Virus record (IMG/VR): IMGVR_UViG_3300027648_000002
Coordinates: 1-56,659 of that record
Length of the DNA: 56,659 nt
Reading direction: 5' to 3' (one strand)
From: a virus
The notes under the pieces are model-generated. The model made no database searches. It saw only the letters and a program-made list of their open reading frames with translations, and was not told where the DNA came from. Shown here in pieces: positions 47,914-55,280 of the stretch. Within the stretch, counting starts at the first letter, position 1; each line of letters starts with the position of its first letter. The translations under genes and the position numbers were made by a program.

Positions 47914-48014
47914 TTGTCATCGTCCTTCGCAGCGCGAGCCAGCGCGAGTGCGAGGAGCCCGGCTAGCACGAGGACGATGCCGATGCCGATGCCGATGGCA
48001 AGCAGGAGGCTCAT
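47910..48014 (-). CDS. 34-aa single-TM peptide (below the ORF-track cutoff)
   Basis: MSLLLAIGIGIGIVLVLAGLLALALARAAKDDDK. ATGA and GTGA overlaps on both sides. Confidence 0.35.
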   Translation of the reverse strand: MSLLLAIGIGIGIVLVLAGLLALALARAAKDDDK

Positions 48015-48190
48015 GCGCGGGGCCTAGGCTCGGGAGGCCAGAGGCTCTTGATGCTCACCCGGAGCGTTTTGGCGATCGTCTTGCGGTGGCGGAGCGGCAC
48101 TCTTTGCTTCCCGGTCTTCCACCTGGAAACCATGCTCTGGCTCACGCCGCACGCATCAGCGATCTGCCTGCCGCTGCCGATCTCGTACAT
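48011..48190 (-). CDS. Cro/YdaS-like HTH protein
   Basis: MYEIGSGRQIADACGVSQSMVSRWKTGKQRVP. Confidence 0.6.
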   Translation of the reverse strand: MYEIGSGRQIADACGVSQSMVSRWKTGKQRVPLRHRKTIAKTLRVSIKSLWPPEPRPRA

Positions 48191-48222
48191 TGCTTCTGCG
48201 AGCGGCGTGCGCGTGCGGCGGC

Positions 48223-48663
48223 TCACGCGACGGCGTCGGGGTCCGGGGTGATGCCGTGCTCTGCGAGATAGCCGGGATGCTTGCTCGCCATGTGCCGACG
48301 GATCTGCACGAACGACCGTCCGCAGCATGGGCAGAGCGCCGCTGCGGCACGCTTGCGTGCCTTCGTCGCGACACCCCTGTATGCGCGGGCGGAGGCGTCG
48401 GCCTGTTCGCGTTCGGCAAGTAGGCGTGCTGCGTACTCGCGCTCATCTGCCAGATCGCGCTCCAGCTTAGCCGCAGCGCCCTCGCCAGCCCTGACGTGCG
48501 CGTGCCCGTGCGGACAGTAGATCCTCGTCTGCGCGCGGCCGTCCCGGTGCTGTTGAGCCTGGAACTTGGCAAGCTCCGAGGGCACGGCGTGGTGTGTCCC
48601 GCACCAGCACACGACGCCGGTCAAGGTGCCCTCGTAGATCAGGGTATCCATGGCACTCATCAT
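48223..48663 (-). CDS. Zinc-finger / coiled-coil protein
   Basis: CWCGTHH...CPHGH...CPCCGRSF. First gene after the AT-richer gap at 48664-48724. Confidence 0.55.
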   Translation of the reverse strand: MMSAMDTLIYEGTLTGVVCWCGTHHAVPSELAKFQAQQHRDGRAQTRIYCPHGHAHVRAGEGAAAKLERDLADEREYAARLLAEREQADASARAYRGVATKARKRAAAALCPCCGRSFVQIRRHMASKHPGYLAEHGITPDPDAVA

Positions 48664-48724
48664 AGGCACCCCGTCGGCACCATGCAAGACCTGAACGTCA
48701 AGACTATGATGCTATTTGCGGGTT

Positions 48725-49162
48725 CTAGCCGCCGCATGCCGGGACCGACTCCGGCCACGCCCCCGGATCTCGCGCCTCCCAATAGTCAAAGATGATCGTC
48801 TGATGCTCGGGGCTCGCTGAGGACGCCGAGCCGTAGCGGCCCCCGCCAGCGGCGTCCCAGGTTGAAGGCATCCATTGGTAGGCGCCTTCATAGGGCGGAT
48901 CTACGATGTGCCAGTCTACGGTGCTCGCTGACTCGGAGCCGGGTTCTCCGGCCTCGTGGTTAGCCACACAGAGGTTGAAGGCGTCGAAGACGCTACGCCT
49001 TCGCCTATAGGCCCCAGCGACAGTCTTGGCAGTAGTACTCGCAGCAGTCGCCGTCGATGCTCTCGGCGATCTGGCACATGTTCGCTGGATGGCCTTCGAC
49101 GCCGCACATGAGGCAGGCGACCTTGCTGGTTCGTGCGTCGGCTGGCTGAACGGCGCCAGCAT
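48725..49162 (-). CDS. Rpf-like transglycosylase domain protein; the true start is unresolved
   Basis: FDAFNLCVANHEAG...YEGAYQWMPSTWDAAGGGRYG...EHQTIIFDYWEARDPGAWPESVPACG fits the Rpf/Transglycosylas domain. The only start codon (49162) forces a 158-nt overlap with a better-coding frame. Confidence 0.6.
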   Translation of the reverse strand: MLAPFSQPTHEPARSPASCAASKAIQRTCARSPRASTATAASTTAKTVAGAYRRRRSVFDAFNLCVANHEAGEPGSESASTVDWHIVDPPYEGAYQWMPSTWDAAGGGRYGSASSASPEHQTIIFDYWEARDPGAWPESVPACGG

Positions 49163-49193
49163 CGCGATCAGGGAGACGAGTGTGGGAATCCAA
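49005..49193 (-). CDS. Small CCHC zinc-knuckle protein
   Basis: TTG start with GGAGG 5 nt upstream. CLMCGVEGHPANMC matches CX2CX4HX4C. GC3 is higher than in the overlapping Rpf frame. Confidence 0.5.
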   Translation of the reverse strand: MDSHTRLPDRDAGAVQPADARTSKVACLMCGVEGHPANMCQIAESIDGDCCEYYCQDCRWGL

Positions 49194-49282
49194 CCGGACC
49201 TCCTTCTCGGAAAGCCCCAGCGTTAGGCCGAGGCCGGGCACACGCGCAACGCGCTGTGTCTTCGCCCGATGGGCGGACGCCG

Positions 49283-49312
49283 ACCGTATCCGCGCCTGCG
49301 GCGGCGTGTCAA
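49283..49312 (-). promoter_or_regulatory. Candidate promoter (minus strand): TTGACA, 18 nt, TACGGT
   Basis: Reverse complement of tgtcaa at 49307-12 and accgta at 49283-88. About 85 nt upstream of the zinc-knuckle start. Confidence 0.35.
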
Positions 49313-49337
49313 CCCCGCGAGTCCGCACGATGGAACG

Positions 49338-49362
49338 AAAAAAGAGCCCCACCCAGCTCTCG
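49338..49362 (-). terminator. Candidate intrinsic terminator (minus strand): 5-6 bp stem followed by a T6 run
   Basis: On the minus strand, AGAGC-TGGGTGGG-GCTCT followed by TTTTTT. Confidence 0.4.
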
Positions 49363-49531
49363 CCAGATGAGGCTCGTCCAACGGGTGCACCCTTGAGTGT
49401 CCACCACGATAGCCACACCTCAAGGCATCGGCCCGTCCCGTCGATACCCAGTGCATGGAGACGATGATGCGGAGCGGTCAGGTCACTGCCGAGCTACTGC
49501 TGGTGTTGCGGGCTGTGGAGGAACGACGCGC

Positions 49532-49816
49532 TCAGGGCAGCGGGAAGGTGAACCGGCAGCGTTGGTTGGGGCAGACGAGGACGCGCCAGCGCGGCATCGT
49601 CCACTCGCAGCCGCACATCGGGCAGCACCATGGCGTGGCACCCTTGCGATAGGCGATCACAGCCTCGATCGGAGTGCGGCCATTCATATGGCTCAGCCTA
49701 CCAGCGCCCTTAACGACGAACGCCCCGCCGGCCGAAGCCAATGGCGGGGCGCTCATGAGGGACCGGAGAGGGTCAGCCGGGATCTTACGCTTGCGCCCGG
49801 AGACGCATAGCGCCAT
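49532..49816 (-). CDS. Possible small zinc-ribbon protein (start uncertain)
   Basis: CCPMCGCEW...CPNQRC. No clear RBS at either ATG. Confidence 0.35.
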   Translation of the reverse strand: MALCVSGRKRKIPADPLRSLMSAPPLASAGGAFVVKGAGRLSHMNGRTPIEAVIAYRKGATPWCCPMCGCEWTMPRWRVLVCPNQRCRFTFPLP

Positions 49817-49907
49817 GCAGGCTTAGGCGCGGGCGCTCGGCGAACCGGAGGCGCCTTGCATCGGCGCAGGTCAGCGGCGAGCAGCCTGCCTGGGTAGGGG
49901 AGAGGTA

Positions 49908-50639
49908 TCAGACCCGAGCGAGGTCCGCTTGCAATGCCGCGAGGTCCAGGCCGAGCGAGTCGCCGCGTGCCTGCACCATCTGCTCGGGCAGGATGACCCA
50001 CGCCTCCTCAAGATAGTGAGCGAGGAAGCTGGCCTCGAGCACCGCGATGCCTCCCCACGTCGCGCAGTGCAAGCCGCCGTTGGGGCCGTAGCCGAGTGCG
50101 ACGACACAGTGCCCGTCTTCGGTCTGTTCCCCTTCGTAGACCCACGGCACCGTCTCGCCCGTCTGGAGCTGACGCTGGAAAGCGCGCTGCGCTGATTCGG
50201 GGCAGTAGATCCCGAGGTACAAGCCGCCGTAGAACGCGACCGCCTGATGCCACTCAAGCAGGCTCGTCGTCGAGACGGGCGCGTAGCCCGCGATCTTCTC
50301 GCCGAATAGGCCGGTTGTGTGCCACGCCTTGAGCACGTCGGCCTCAACGAGTCCTTCTTCGGTGTCGCCGTTCAGGCTGCGCCACTCGGCGAGCACTTCG
50401 GCTTCGTTGGGCACCGGGAAGTACTTCGTGAGCGACATCTCCGTGTCCCAGGCGGTGATCAGGTGAGCGACTCCAGCCATCGTGCAGTCGCCGTACCGAT
50501 CATTGCCGTCGATCGCGTAGCTCGCCTTCGGAACTTCACGGGTCGGCGGCGGCGTCGGGAGCGGCCCCGTGGCGTAGACGCTCAGATCCTTGAGTGCCGC
50601 CGGTCGGACAGCGGGCTTGCGGCCGGTCTTGTAGGGCAT
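49908..50639 (-). CDS. Papain-like cysteine peptidase (possible lysin or processing protease)
   Basis: NDRYGDCTMAGVAHLI (Cys) and EDGHCVVALGYG (His). ATGA overlap with the HNH stop. Confidence 0.6.
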   Translation of the reverse strand: MPYKTGRKPAVRPAALKDLSVYATGPLPTPPPTREVPKASYAIDGNDRYGDCTMAGVAHLITAWDTEMSLTKYFPVPNEAEVLAEWRSLNGDTEEGLVEADVLKAWHTTGLFGEKIAGYAPVSTTSLLEWHQAVAFYGGLYLGIYCPESAQRAFQRQLQTGETVPWVYEGEQTEDGHCVVALGYGPNGGLHCATWGGIAVLEASFLAHYLEEAWVILPEQMVQARGDSLGLDLAALQADLARV

Positions 50640-51199
50640 CACGGTCTCCTTGCTTTCGCATGTTCGCGGCGGCAGGTGCGGCAATGGCGCTTGCCGATGC
50701 GAAGGTAGGTGTTCTCCGGCGTGAACTCGTGGCCGTGCTTGCAGTGGGTCTGCTCGCTGCGCCAGCCCATGTCCCCGCGCCGTAGGTTCTCCTCGTGTGT
50801 CACGGGCTCGAGGTGCGCCGGATTACAGCAGAGCCGGTTGAAGCAAAGATGGTCCAGCTCGCGTCCGTCGGGGACCGTCCCAACCATCTCTTCGTAGGCG
50901 AAGCGGTGGGCTAGCGCGCTGCGGCCATGGCGTCGGAGTACACGCCCGTAACCTTTGCGGTCGCTCCCTGCGGTCCAGGGCCAGCATGGCCCCAAGTCAG
51001 GGCGTTGCTCGGGGATCGGGCCGTTCGTATCGACCTTGCGCCAGAATAGATCCGACACAGATAGTGGCGATGCCAGCAGCAGCGGGTCGCCATTACGCTT
51101 CCATCGCGCGTAGTGCATGGGGCACCAGCCGCGCGCGTCGGCGTCCCGCTCACATCCCTCGACGCTGCAAGTACCCTTCGCCATGCCTGCACGCTCCAA
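50639..51199 (-). CDS. HNH_3 homing endonuclease with a zinc ribbon
   Basis: RKGYGRV...LAHRFAYE...ELDHLCFNRLCCNPAHLEPVTHEENLRR, then THCKHGHEFTPENTY...CRTC. Confidence 0.8.
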   Translation of the reverse strand: MERAGMAKGTCSVEGCERDADARGWCPMHYARWKRNGDPLLLASPLSVSDLFWRKVDTNGPIPEQRPDLGPCWPWTAGSDRKGYGRVLRRHGRSALAHRFAYEEMVGTVPDGRELDHLCFNRLCCNPAHLEPVTHEENLRRGDMGWRSEQTHCKHGHEFTPENTYLRIGKRHCRTCRREHAKARRP

Positions 51200-51260
51200 T
51201 CGTGTGGACCATGCTCCCGGCTGATGGCTCAGCGCGGGAGCGCTTTCTTCCTATTTTACG

Positions 51261-51467
51261 CTAGCGAGAGGCGTCCTTGCTCGTCGCTCGCGAGACCCCC
51301 GAGTGGATCACTGCGTTGGCGAGCACGAAGATCCCGGCGATCACGCCGACGATCGTGGACTCCAGGGTCGTCGCCTGTTCGACCCCGATCACTCCGAGGG
51401 CGACGACGGCGTTGCCGATACCGACGATGAGCGCCGCGAGTGCGGCCTCGATACTTGAGAGAGGCAC
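51261..51467 (-). CDS. Holin-like small membrane protein (2 TM)
   Basis: 68 aa with two hydrophobic helices and a charged C-tail. Lies in the lysis block. Confidence 0.55.
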   Translation of the reverse strand: MPLSSIEAALAALIVGIGNAVVALGVIGVEQATTLESTIVGVIAGIFVLANAVIHSGVSRATSKDASR

Positions 51468-51513
51468 GTCAGTCTCCTTTGGTTGTGGTCATGGGCCGCA
51501 GTCTACTCGCGCT

Positions 51514-51675
51514 TCAAGCCCTCGATCTGCTCACCGATCGTGCCCGTGCCCTCAGTTTCCGCCGGTTCTCGTGGGCGATCAACGCTGCGATGACTGCGCC
51601 TGTCGCGCCGATGATGGCCGCGAGCAGGGTTGAGGCCGCGACGATCCAGACACCGAGTTCCACGGTCGCGAGCAT
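51514..51675 (-). CDS. 53-aa membrane protein (below the ORF-track cutoff)
   Basis: MLATVELGVWIVAASTLLAAIIGATGAVIAALIAHENRRKLRARARS.... ATGA overlap upstream. Confidence 0.4.
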   Translation of the reverse strand: MLATVELGVWIVAASTLLAAIIGATGAVIAALIAHENRRKLRARARSVSRSRA

Positions 51676-52166
51676 CAGATGACGCCCGCCGCTCGGAGGA
51701 ATGCCAGTGCCGCGATCGCCGCTATGCCCAGCGACACCTGATTGGCTCGTGCCACCGCTCGCTCAGCGCGCGTGAGGCGTTCGCGCTCAAGCAGTTCGCT
51801 GGTGCCAAGCTTCTCGCCGCCGACGCCAGCGCCGCCCCGCTCGATCGCGCCGAGCCGCGCGTCGGTCGTCTCACGCGACGATTTCAGTTCAGTCGCCAGC
51901 GCCGACGCGGTGTCTGCCGCTGATTTCTCGGCCTTCGTGGTCGCCTCTTTCTGCGCCGTGTCTTTCGTGCCCATCTCCTGACGCACCGAGGCGATCTTCT
52001 CGACGAACAACTCTCCCTGAGCCTTCTGCGCCTCGGTCACGCTCTCAACGAGCGCCTTCAGCGTGGCCTCCATCGTGGCCATCCGTTCGCCGAGCGAGAA
52101 CTCTGGTTGGGTGCGGCCGTAGCCGAACTCCGTGTCACGCTCGTCGTTTCCGTTTGGCTTCGCCAT
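51675..52166 (-). CDS. Coiled-coil protein with a C-terminal TM anchor
   Basis: K/E/A-rich helical body. C-terminus VSLGIAAIAALAFLRAAGVI. Confidence 0.55.
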   Translation of the reverse strand: MAKPNGNDERDTEFGYGRTQPEFSLGERMATMEATLKALVESVTEAQKAQGELFVEKIASVRQEMGTKDTAQKEATTKAEKSAADTASALATELKSSRETTDARLGAIERGGAGVGGEKLGTSELLERERLTRAERAVARANQVSLGIAAIAALAFLRAAGVI

Positions 52167-52169
52167 CTG

Positions 52170-52568
52170 TCACGTCCTGTAGGTCCGGGCTGAGCCGGGC
52201 AGTGGCGAGATCGCCTTCACTGCAGCGAGTACGTCTGTCAGGCCACCTGGGGTGCTGACGTCCAGGCGGTCGCGTACATCAGCGACAGCGGCCGTGACGT
52301 CGGCGATCCCGCCGTCCGTGTCGGGGTCCAGCGCGTCGAGGATTCGCTTCATGTGCTCAGCGTGGACATCAGCGCGCTTGGCCGCCGCGTCGAGCTTGCG
52401 GTGCATCTCTTCGACGGCGCCCTTGTGCCACAGCCATCCCGCGCCTGCCAGCAACGCAAGCGGGATGACGGCTACTACGTTGCCCCAGACTGCACGCTCA
52501 TACCAGACGGGCTGGCCTGGGCCGAAGAAGAAGAAGTGGACGAAGTGATCGGTGAAGAACGCCATCAT
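52170..52568 (-). CDS. N-terminally anchored membrane protein
   Basis: VWGNVVAVIPLALLAGAGWLW followed by a helical domain. Confidence 0.55.
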   Translation of the reverse strand: MMAFFTDHFVHFFFFGPGQPVWYERAVWGNVVAVIPLALLAGAGWLWHKGAVEEMHRKLDAAAKRADVHAEHMKRILDALDPDTDGGIADVTAAVADVRDRLDVSTPGGLTDVLAAVKAISPLPGSARTYRT

Positions 52569-52754
52569 CTGCTCCTTTGGGGGTAGGATCGCGGCTGCGC
52601 GGCGAGCGGAGGACCACGGCTGCGAAGGGAAGCTGGGCCTGCCCCGCCGTGGGAAACGACCAGGCAGGCGCCGCGCTTCGTATACGAGCCGTCCTCCCCG
52701 GGCGCTACTCAGGGCGTAGTGCGCCGCACCGCATGCAGCGGGTGCTCTTGCCCA

Positions 52755-53783
52755 TCAGGCAGGCGCCCGCCTCAGCTCGTGTTCGAGGCCGACGATCTGC
52801 TTGTCCGTGCTCCTGCCTTGCGGGACCCACACGCCGTAGCAGGCGTGCCGGTAGCCGGCCGTGTCGGGTAGGGGACGGTGGAAGGGTGGGTTGCGGCAGT
52901 CGTGCTTGGCCTCGAGCGCGCGGAGTGTCGTGCGCGTCGCGAGGTCGCTGTGGAGCTGCCGCTTGAGCTGGCCACGGCTTGGCGGTTTGGGCTTCGGCTT
53001 TGGCTTGGGGGGTTTCTCGTTGAGTTCGATCAGCCCCCGGTTCTGGTCGAGGTCTGTCGTCACGCCGAACCGTGAGCAGGTGCCGCAGGATTGCCACAGC
53101 ACGATTGCCGACGCGGGGTAGCCGCCGAACGGCGACGGCCCCGAGACGCCCCACTCGCTCGCCCATAGATAGCCCGCGCAATGCCCACCGCCGCCGGCCG
53201 CATACCCGCCGGGGTAGGAGAACACGCCGAAGATCGGGATGCCGAGATCTTGAGCCTCGCTGGTGAACTCGCAGGAGCGCCAGAACACGCCGGCCACCTC
53301 GGCGTCGAACCAGTAGCCCAACGGGGCGTGAGGCACGAGCTCGTGCGTGAACGCCATCTCTGAGGCGCCGGAGAAGCCGGGCTCCCCGAAGTCATAGACG
53401 CCGTAGGGGAGGCCGTGGTCGCGTGCGTCGCGGATCTGTTCGCGGAGGGAGGGCTCTTGGTTCAGCCCGAACGCGGCCTGGATGATGACGCAATGCAAGC
53501 CGGCCGTCTGGGGATACCAGCCTTGCCATTGCGACCAGTCAGCGCACTGCGACTCCGTGGCCGTGAGCGGCGAGACGAGACCGAGCTTGCCTTCGGCCTG
53601 CATCGCCTGGCGGACGCATTCGCCGGCAGACGGAGGCACGCGGGTGACGCACTTCGGGCCGCTCGGCTCAGAGAACGTGATCGTACTCGCGGGCCTGGAG
53701 GGAAGGCGCGAGGGGTGCGCGCCGCAGCCCGCGAGCACGGTGATGGCCGCCAAGGCGGCGAAGATCGACAGGCGCGCGCGCAT
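52755..53783 (-). CDS. GH25-type muramidase (endolysin) with a lipoprotein signal peptide and a C-terminal extension
   Basis: MRARLSIFAALAAITVLAGC (lipobox). ADWSQWQG, CVIIQAAFG, GLPYGVYDF, GYWFDAE and VLWQSCG...TTDLDQN fit GH25. A (KP)n linker follows. Confidence 0.75.
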   Translation of the reverse strand: MRARLSIFAALAAITVLAGCGAHPSRLPSRPASTITFSEPSGPKCVTRVPPSAGECVRQAMQAEGKLGLVSPLTATESQCADWSQWQGWYPQTAGLHCVIIQAAFGLNQEPSLREQIRDARDHGLPYGVYDFGEPGFSGASEMAFTHELVPHAPLGYWFDAEVAGVFWRSCEFTSEAQDLGIPIFGVFSYPGGYAAGGGGHCAGYLWASEWGVSGPSPFGGYPASAIVLWQSCGTCSRFGVTTDLDQNRGLIELNEKPPKPKPKPKPPSRGQLKRQLHSDLATRTTLRALEAKHDCRNPPFHRPLPDTAGYRHACYGVWVPQGRSTDKQIVGLEHELRRAPA

Positions 53784-54142
53784 CAGTCGCCGGCCCCGAG
53801 CCAGAGGTTCGGCAGTTTGCCCTCGTCATCGGGGTCGATTTTCTCCGCGAGGCGCTCCAAATTCTCGCCCCATTGACGCCGCGGCGCGGGCGGCTCATCC
53901 TCGATGCGTGCGGATCGGATCAGCGCGGGCACCGTCACGATGTCGCCGTCCCCCTTCTCGCCGCTCACCTCAACGATCAGCAGGCCGCTGGACACGTCGC
54001 CGATGCAGTTGAGGATTTCGTCGCTGACGCTCGTCTCGGAACTGCCGTGGTCGCGGATGATCTCTGGCAGGTCGTCCACGTTCATCTCGGGCAGTTCGAC
54101 CTCAAGCACCAACCGTCTCGCCAGCTTCGTCGTCTCGCTCAT
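53783..54142 (-). CDS. Hypothetical acidic protein
   Basis: 119 aa, coupled. Confidence 0.55.
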   Translation of the reverse strand: MSETTKLARRLVLEVELPEMNVDDLPEIIRDHGSSETSVSDEILNCIGDVSSGLLIVEVSGEKGDGDIVTVPALIRSARIEDEPPAPRRQWGENLERLAEKIDPDDEGKLPNLWLGAGD

Positions 54143-54363
54143 CGCTTCCTCCCTGGTAGCGGCTGCCCGCAGCCTTCACCGGTGTGACAGCCGTGCCATG
54201 ATTTGTCTCGCAACCCTTGGCAGACGCTGGCGCCCGTGTACCCGCATTCCTCGTGCCGTTCGATGGTGTGGACGAGCCACAAGCCACCCCAGACGACAGC
54301 CGCCGCCGCCATGAGGCCGAGAAGTAGCGCGAGCGTGCAGGCTATCGCTTCGCCACGGGTCAC
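54139..54363 (-). CDS. Small TM plus Cys-rich protein
   Basis: GTG start (VTRGEAIACTLALLLGLMAAAAVVWGGLWLV...CGYTGASVCQG...HGCHTGEGCG). The upstream ORF part is junk. Confidence 0.45.
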   Translation of the reverse strand: MTRGEAIACTLALLLGLMAAAAVVWGGLWLVHTIERHEECGYTGASVCQGLRDKSWHGCHTGEGCGQPLPGRKR

Positions 54364-54545
54364 GAACCCCAGCGTAGGGGAAGTGGCGCGCGCTCTCAGC
54401 CCCAGGTCCGATATCCCCCAGCTCGCGGGGATCAGCCGATAGAAGGCGGCGGGGCCAAGAACGCGCGTAGAAGGCGGGTCCCGCTTTGCCGTGCCGTCAC
54501 CTGACAGAGCCACTCCAGTACACCGGCCAGCGCGGCGGATGATAG

Positions 54546-54576
54546 TCGCCCGCGCCCCATCAAGAGGCGCGGGCGA
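54546..54576 (-). terminator. Perfect 11-bp stem-loop 15 nt after the stop of 54591..55034
   Basis: tcgcccgcgcc (54546-56), a 9-nt loop, then ggcgcgggcga (54566-76). No U-tract. Confidence 0.45.
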
Positions 54577-54590
54577 GCGCCAGACGTTTG

Positions 54591-55034
54591 CTACGCCGCG
54601 ATCGAGATGACCACGCTCTCGGTCGTCTCGGGCGTGGCCGAGACGATGGTCAGCGTGGTCGCGGGCGGCGAGGCTTCCGCGACTTCCGTGAGCGACGCCG
54701 TGCCGCTTTCCGGCTGGGTGGTGATCGTGACCTGCGCCACCGGGTGCGGGATCTGGATGCTGCCTTCGCCGTTCGCGGCGATCGGCACGGAGACGGTTTC
54801 GCTGGTCGGCTCGGCTGGCGCCGCTTCGGGCTTGAGCGCGGCGAGAGCCTCGACAGCCGGGTCCAGCGTGGCCACGGCCGCGGTCAGGTTGGCGAGGTTT
54901 GGCTGTTCGCCCGCGTTGATCTGCGCCTGCAAGGTGTTGAGCTCGTCCTGCAAGGTGCTGCGTGTGGTCGCGAGGTCCTCGCCGACTTTGGCGACGGCGG
55001 TTTCGAGCGCGCCGACCTGTTCCTGCTCTGACAT
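54591..55034 (-). CDS. Coiled-coil / PT-rich / beta-domain protein, the first gene of the leftward array
   Basis: Start at MSEQEQV with an AAGGAG RBS. Confidence 0.6.
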   Translation of the reverse strand: MSEQEQVGALETAVAKVGEDLATTRSTLQDELNTLQAQINAGEQPNLANLTAAVATLDPAVEALAALKPEAAPAEPTSETVSVPIAANGEGSIQIPHPVAQVTITTQPESGTASLTEVAEASPPATTLTIVSATPETTESVVISIAA

Positions 55035-55059
55035 CTGGTTCTCCTTGATCGAATGTATC

Positions 55060-55077
55060 TCGCGCCAAATAGCGCGA
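55060..55077. promoter_or_regulatory. Palindrome TCGCGC-caaata-GCGCGA in the divergent control region (candidate operator)
   Basis: 6-bp arms. Lies 26 nt upstream of the 55034 start. Confidence 0.3.
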
Positions 55078-55181
55078 ACGCTGTGCTCGAGCTCGTGTAC
55101 TCGCTCGGGCTGCAAGGTGACTCGTGTGGTCGTTCGGTCCATGCGTTGCAGGCTACCGACATCGAGTCGTTGCGCACGCAA

Positions 55182-55210
55182 TTGACATCTTGCCTGGGTC
55201 GGAGTAGTAT
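55182..55210 (+). promoter_or_regulatory. Strong sigma-70/SigA-type promoter: TTGACA, 17 nt, TAGTAT
   Basis: TTGACA at 55182-87 and TAGTAT at 55205-10. About 70 nt upstream of the ATG at 55281, which has an AGGAAGGG RBS. Confidence 0.6.
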
Positions 55211-55280
55211 CGCGAGAGAAGACGAAATAAGGGCGCCCGTTTCTGAGGCGGACGCCCGGCCACCAGGAAGGGTAGTCCTG

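Noticed and set aside
54364-55068. Upstream 235 codons of ORF 54139..55068
   Set aside because: R/G/H-rich junk that overlaps the well-supported 54591..55034 gene and a perfect 11-bp terminator hairpin. Only the last 74 codons (TM plus Cys-rich) are plausible.
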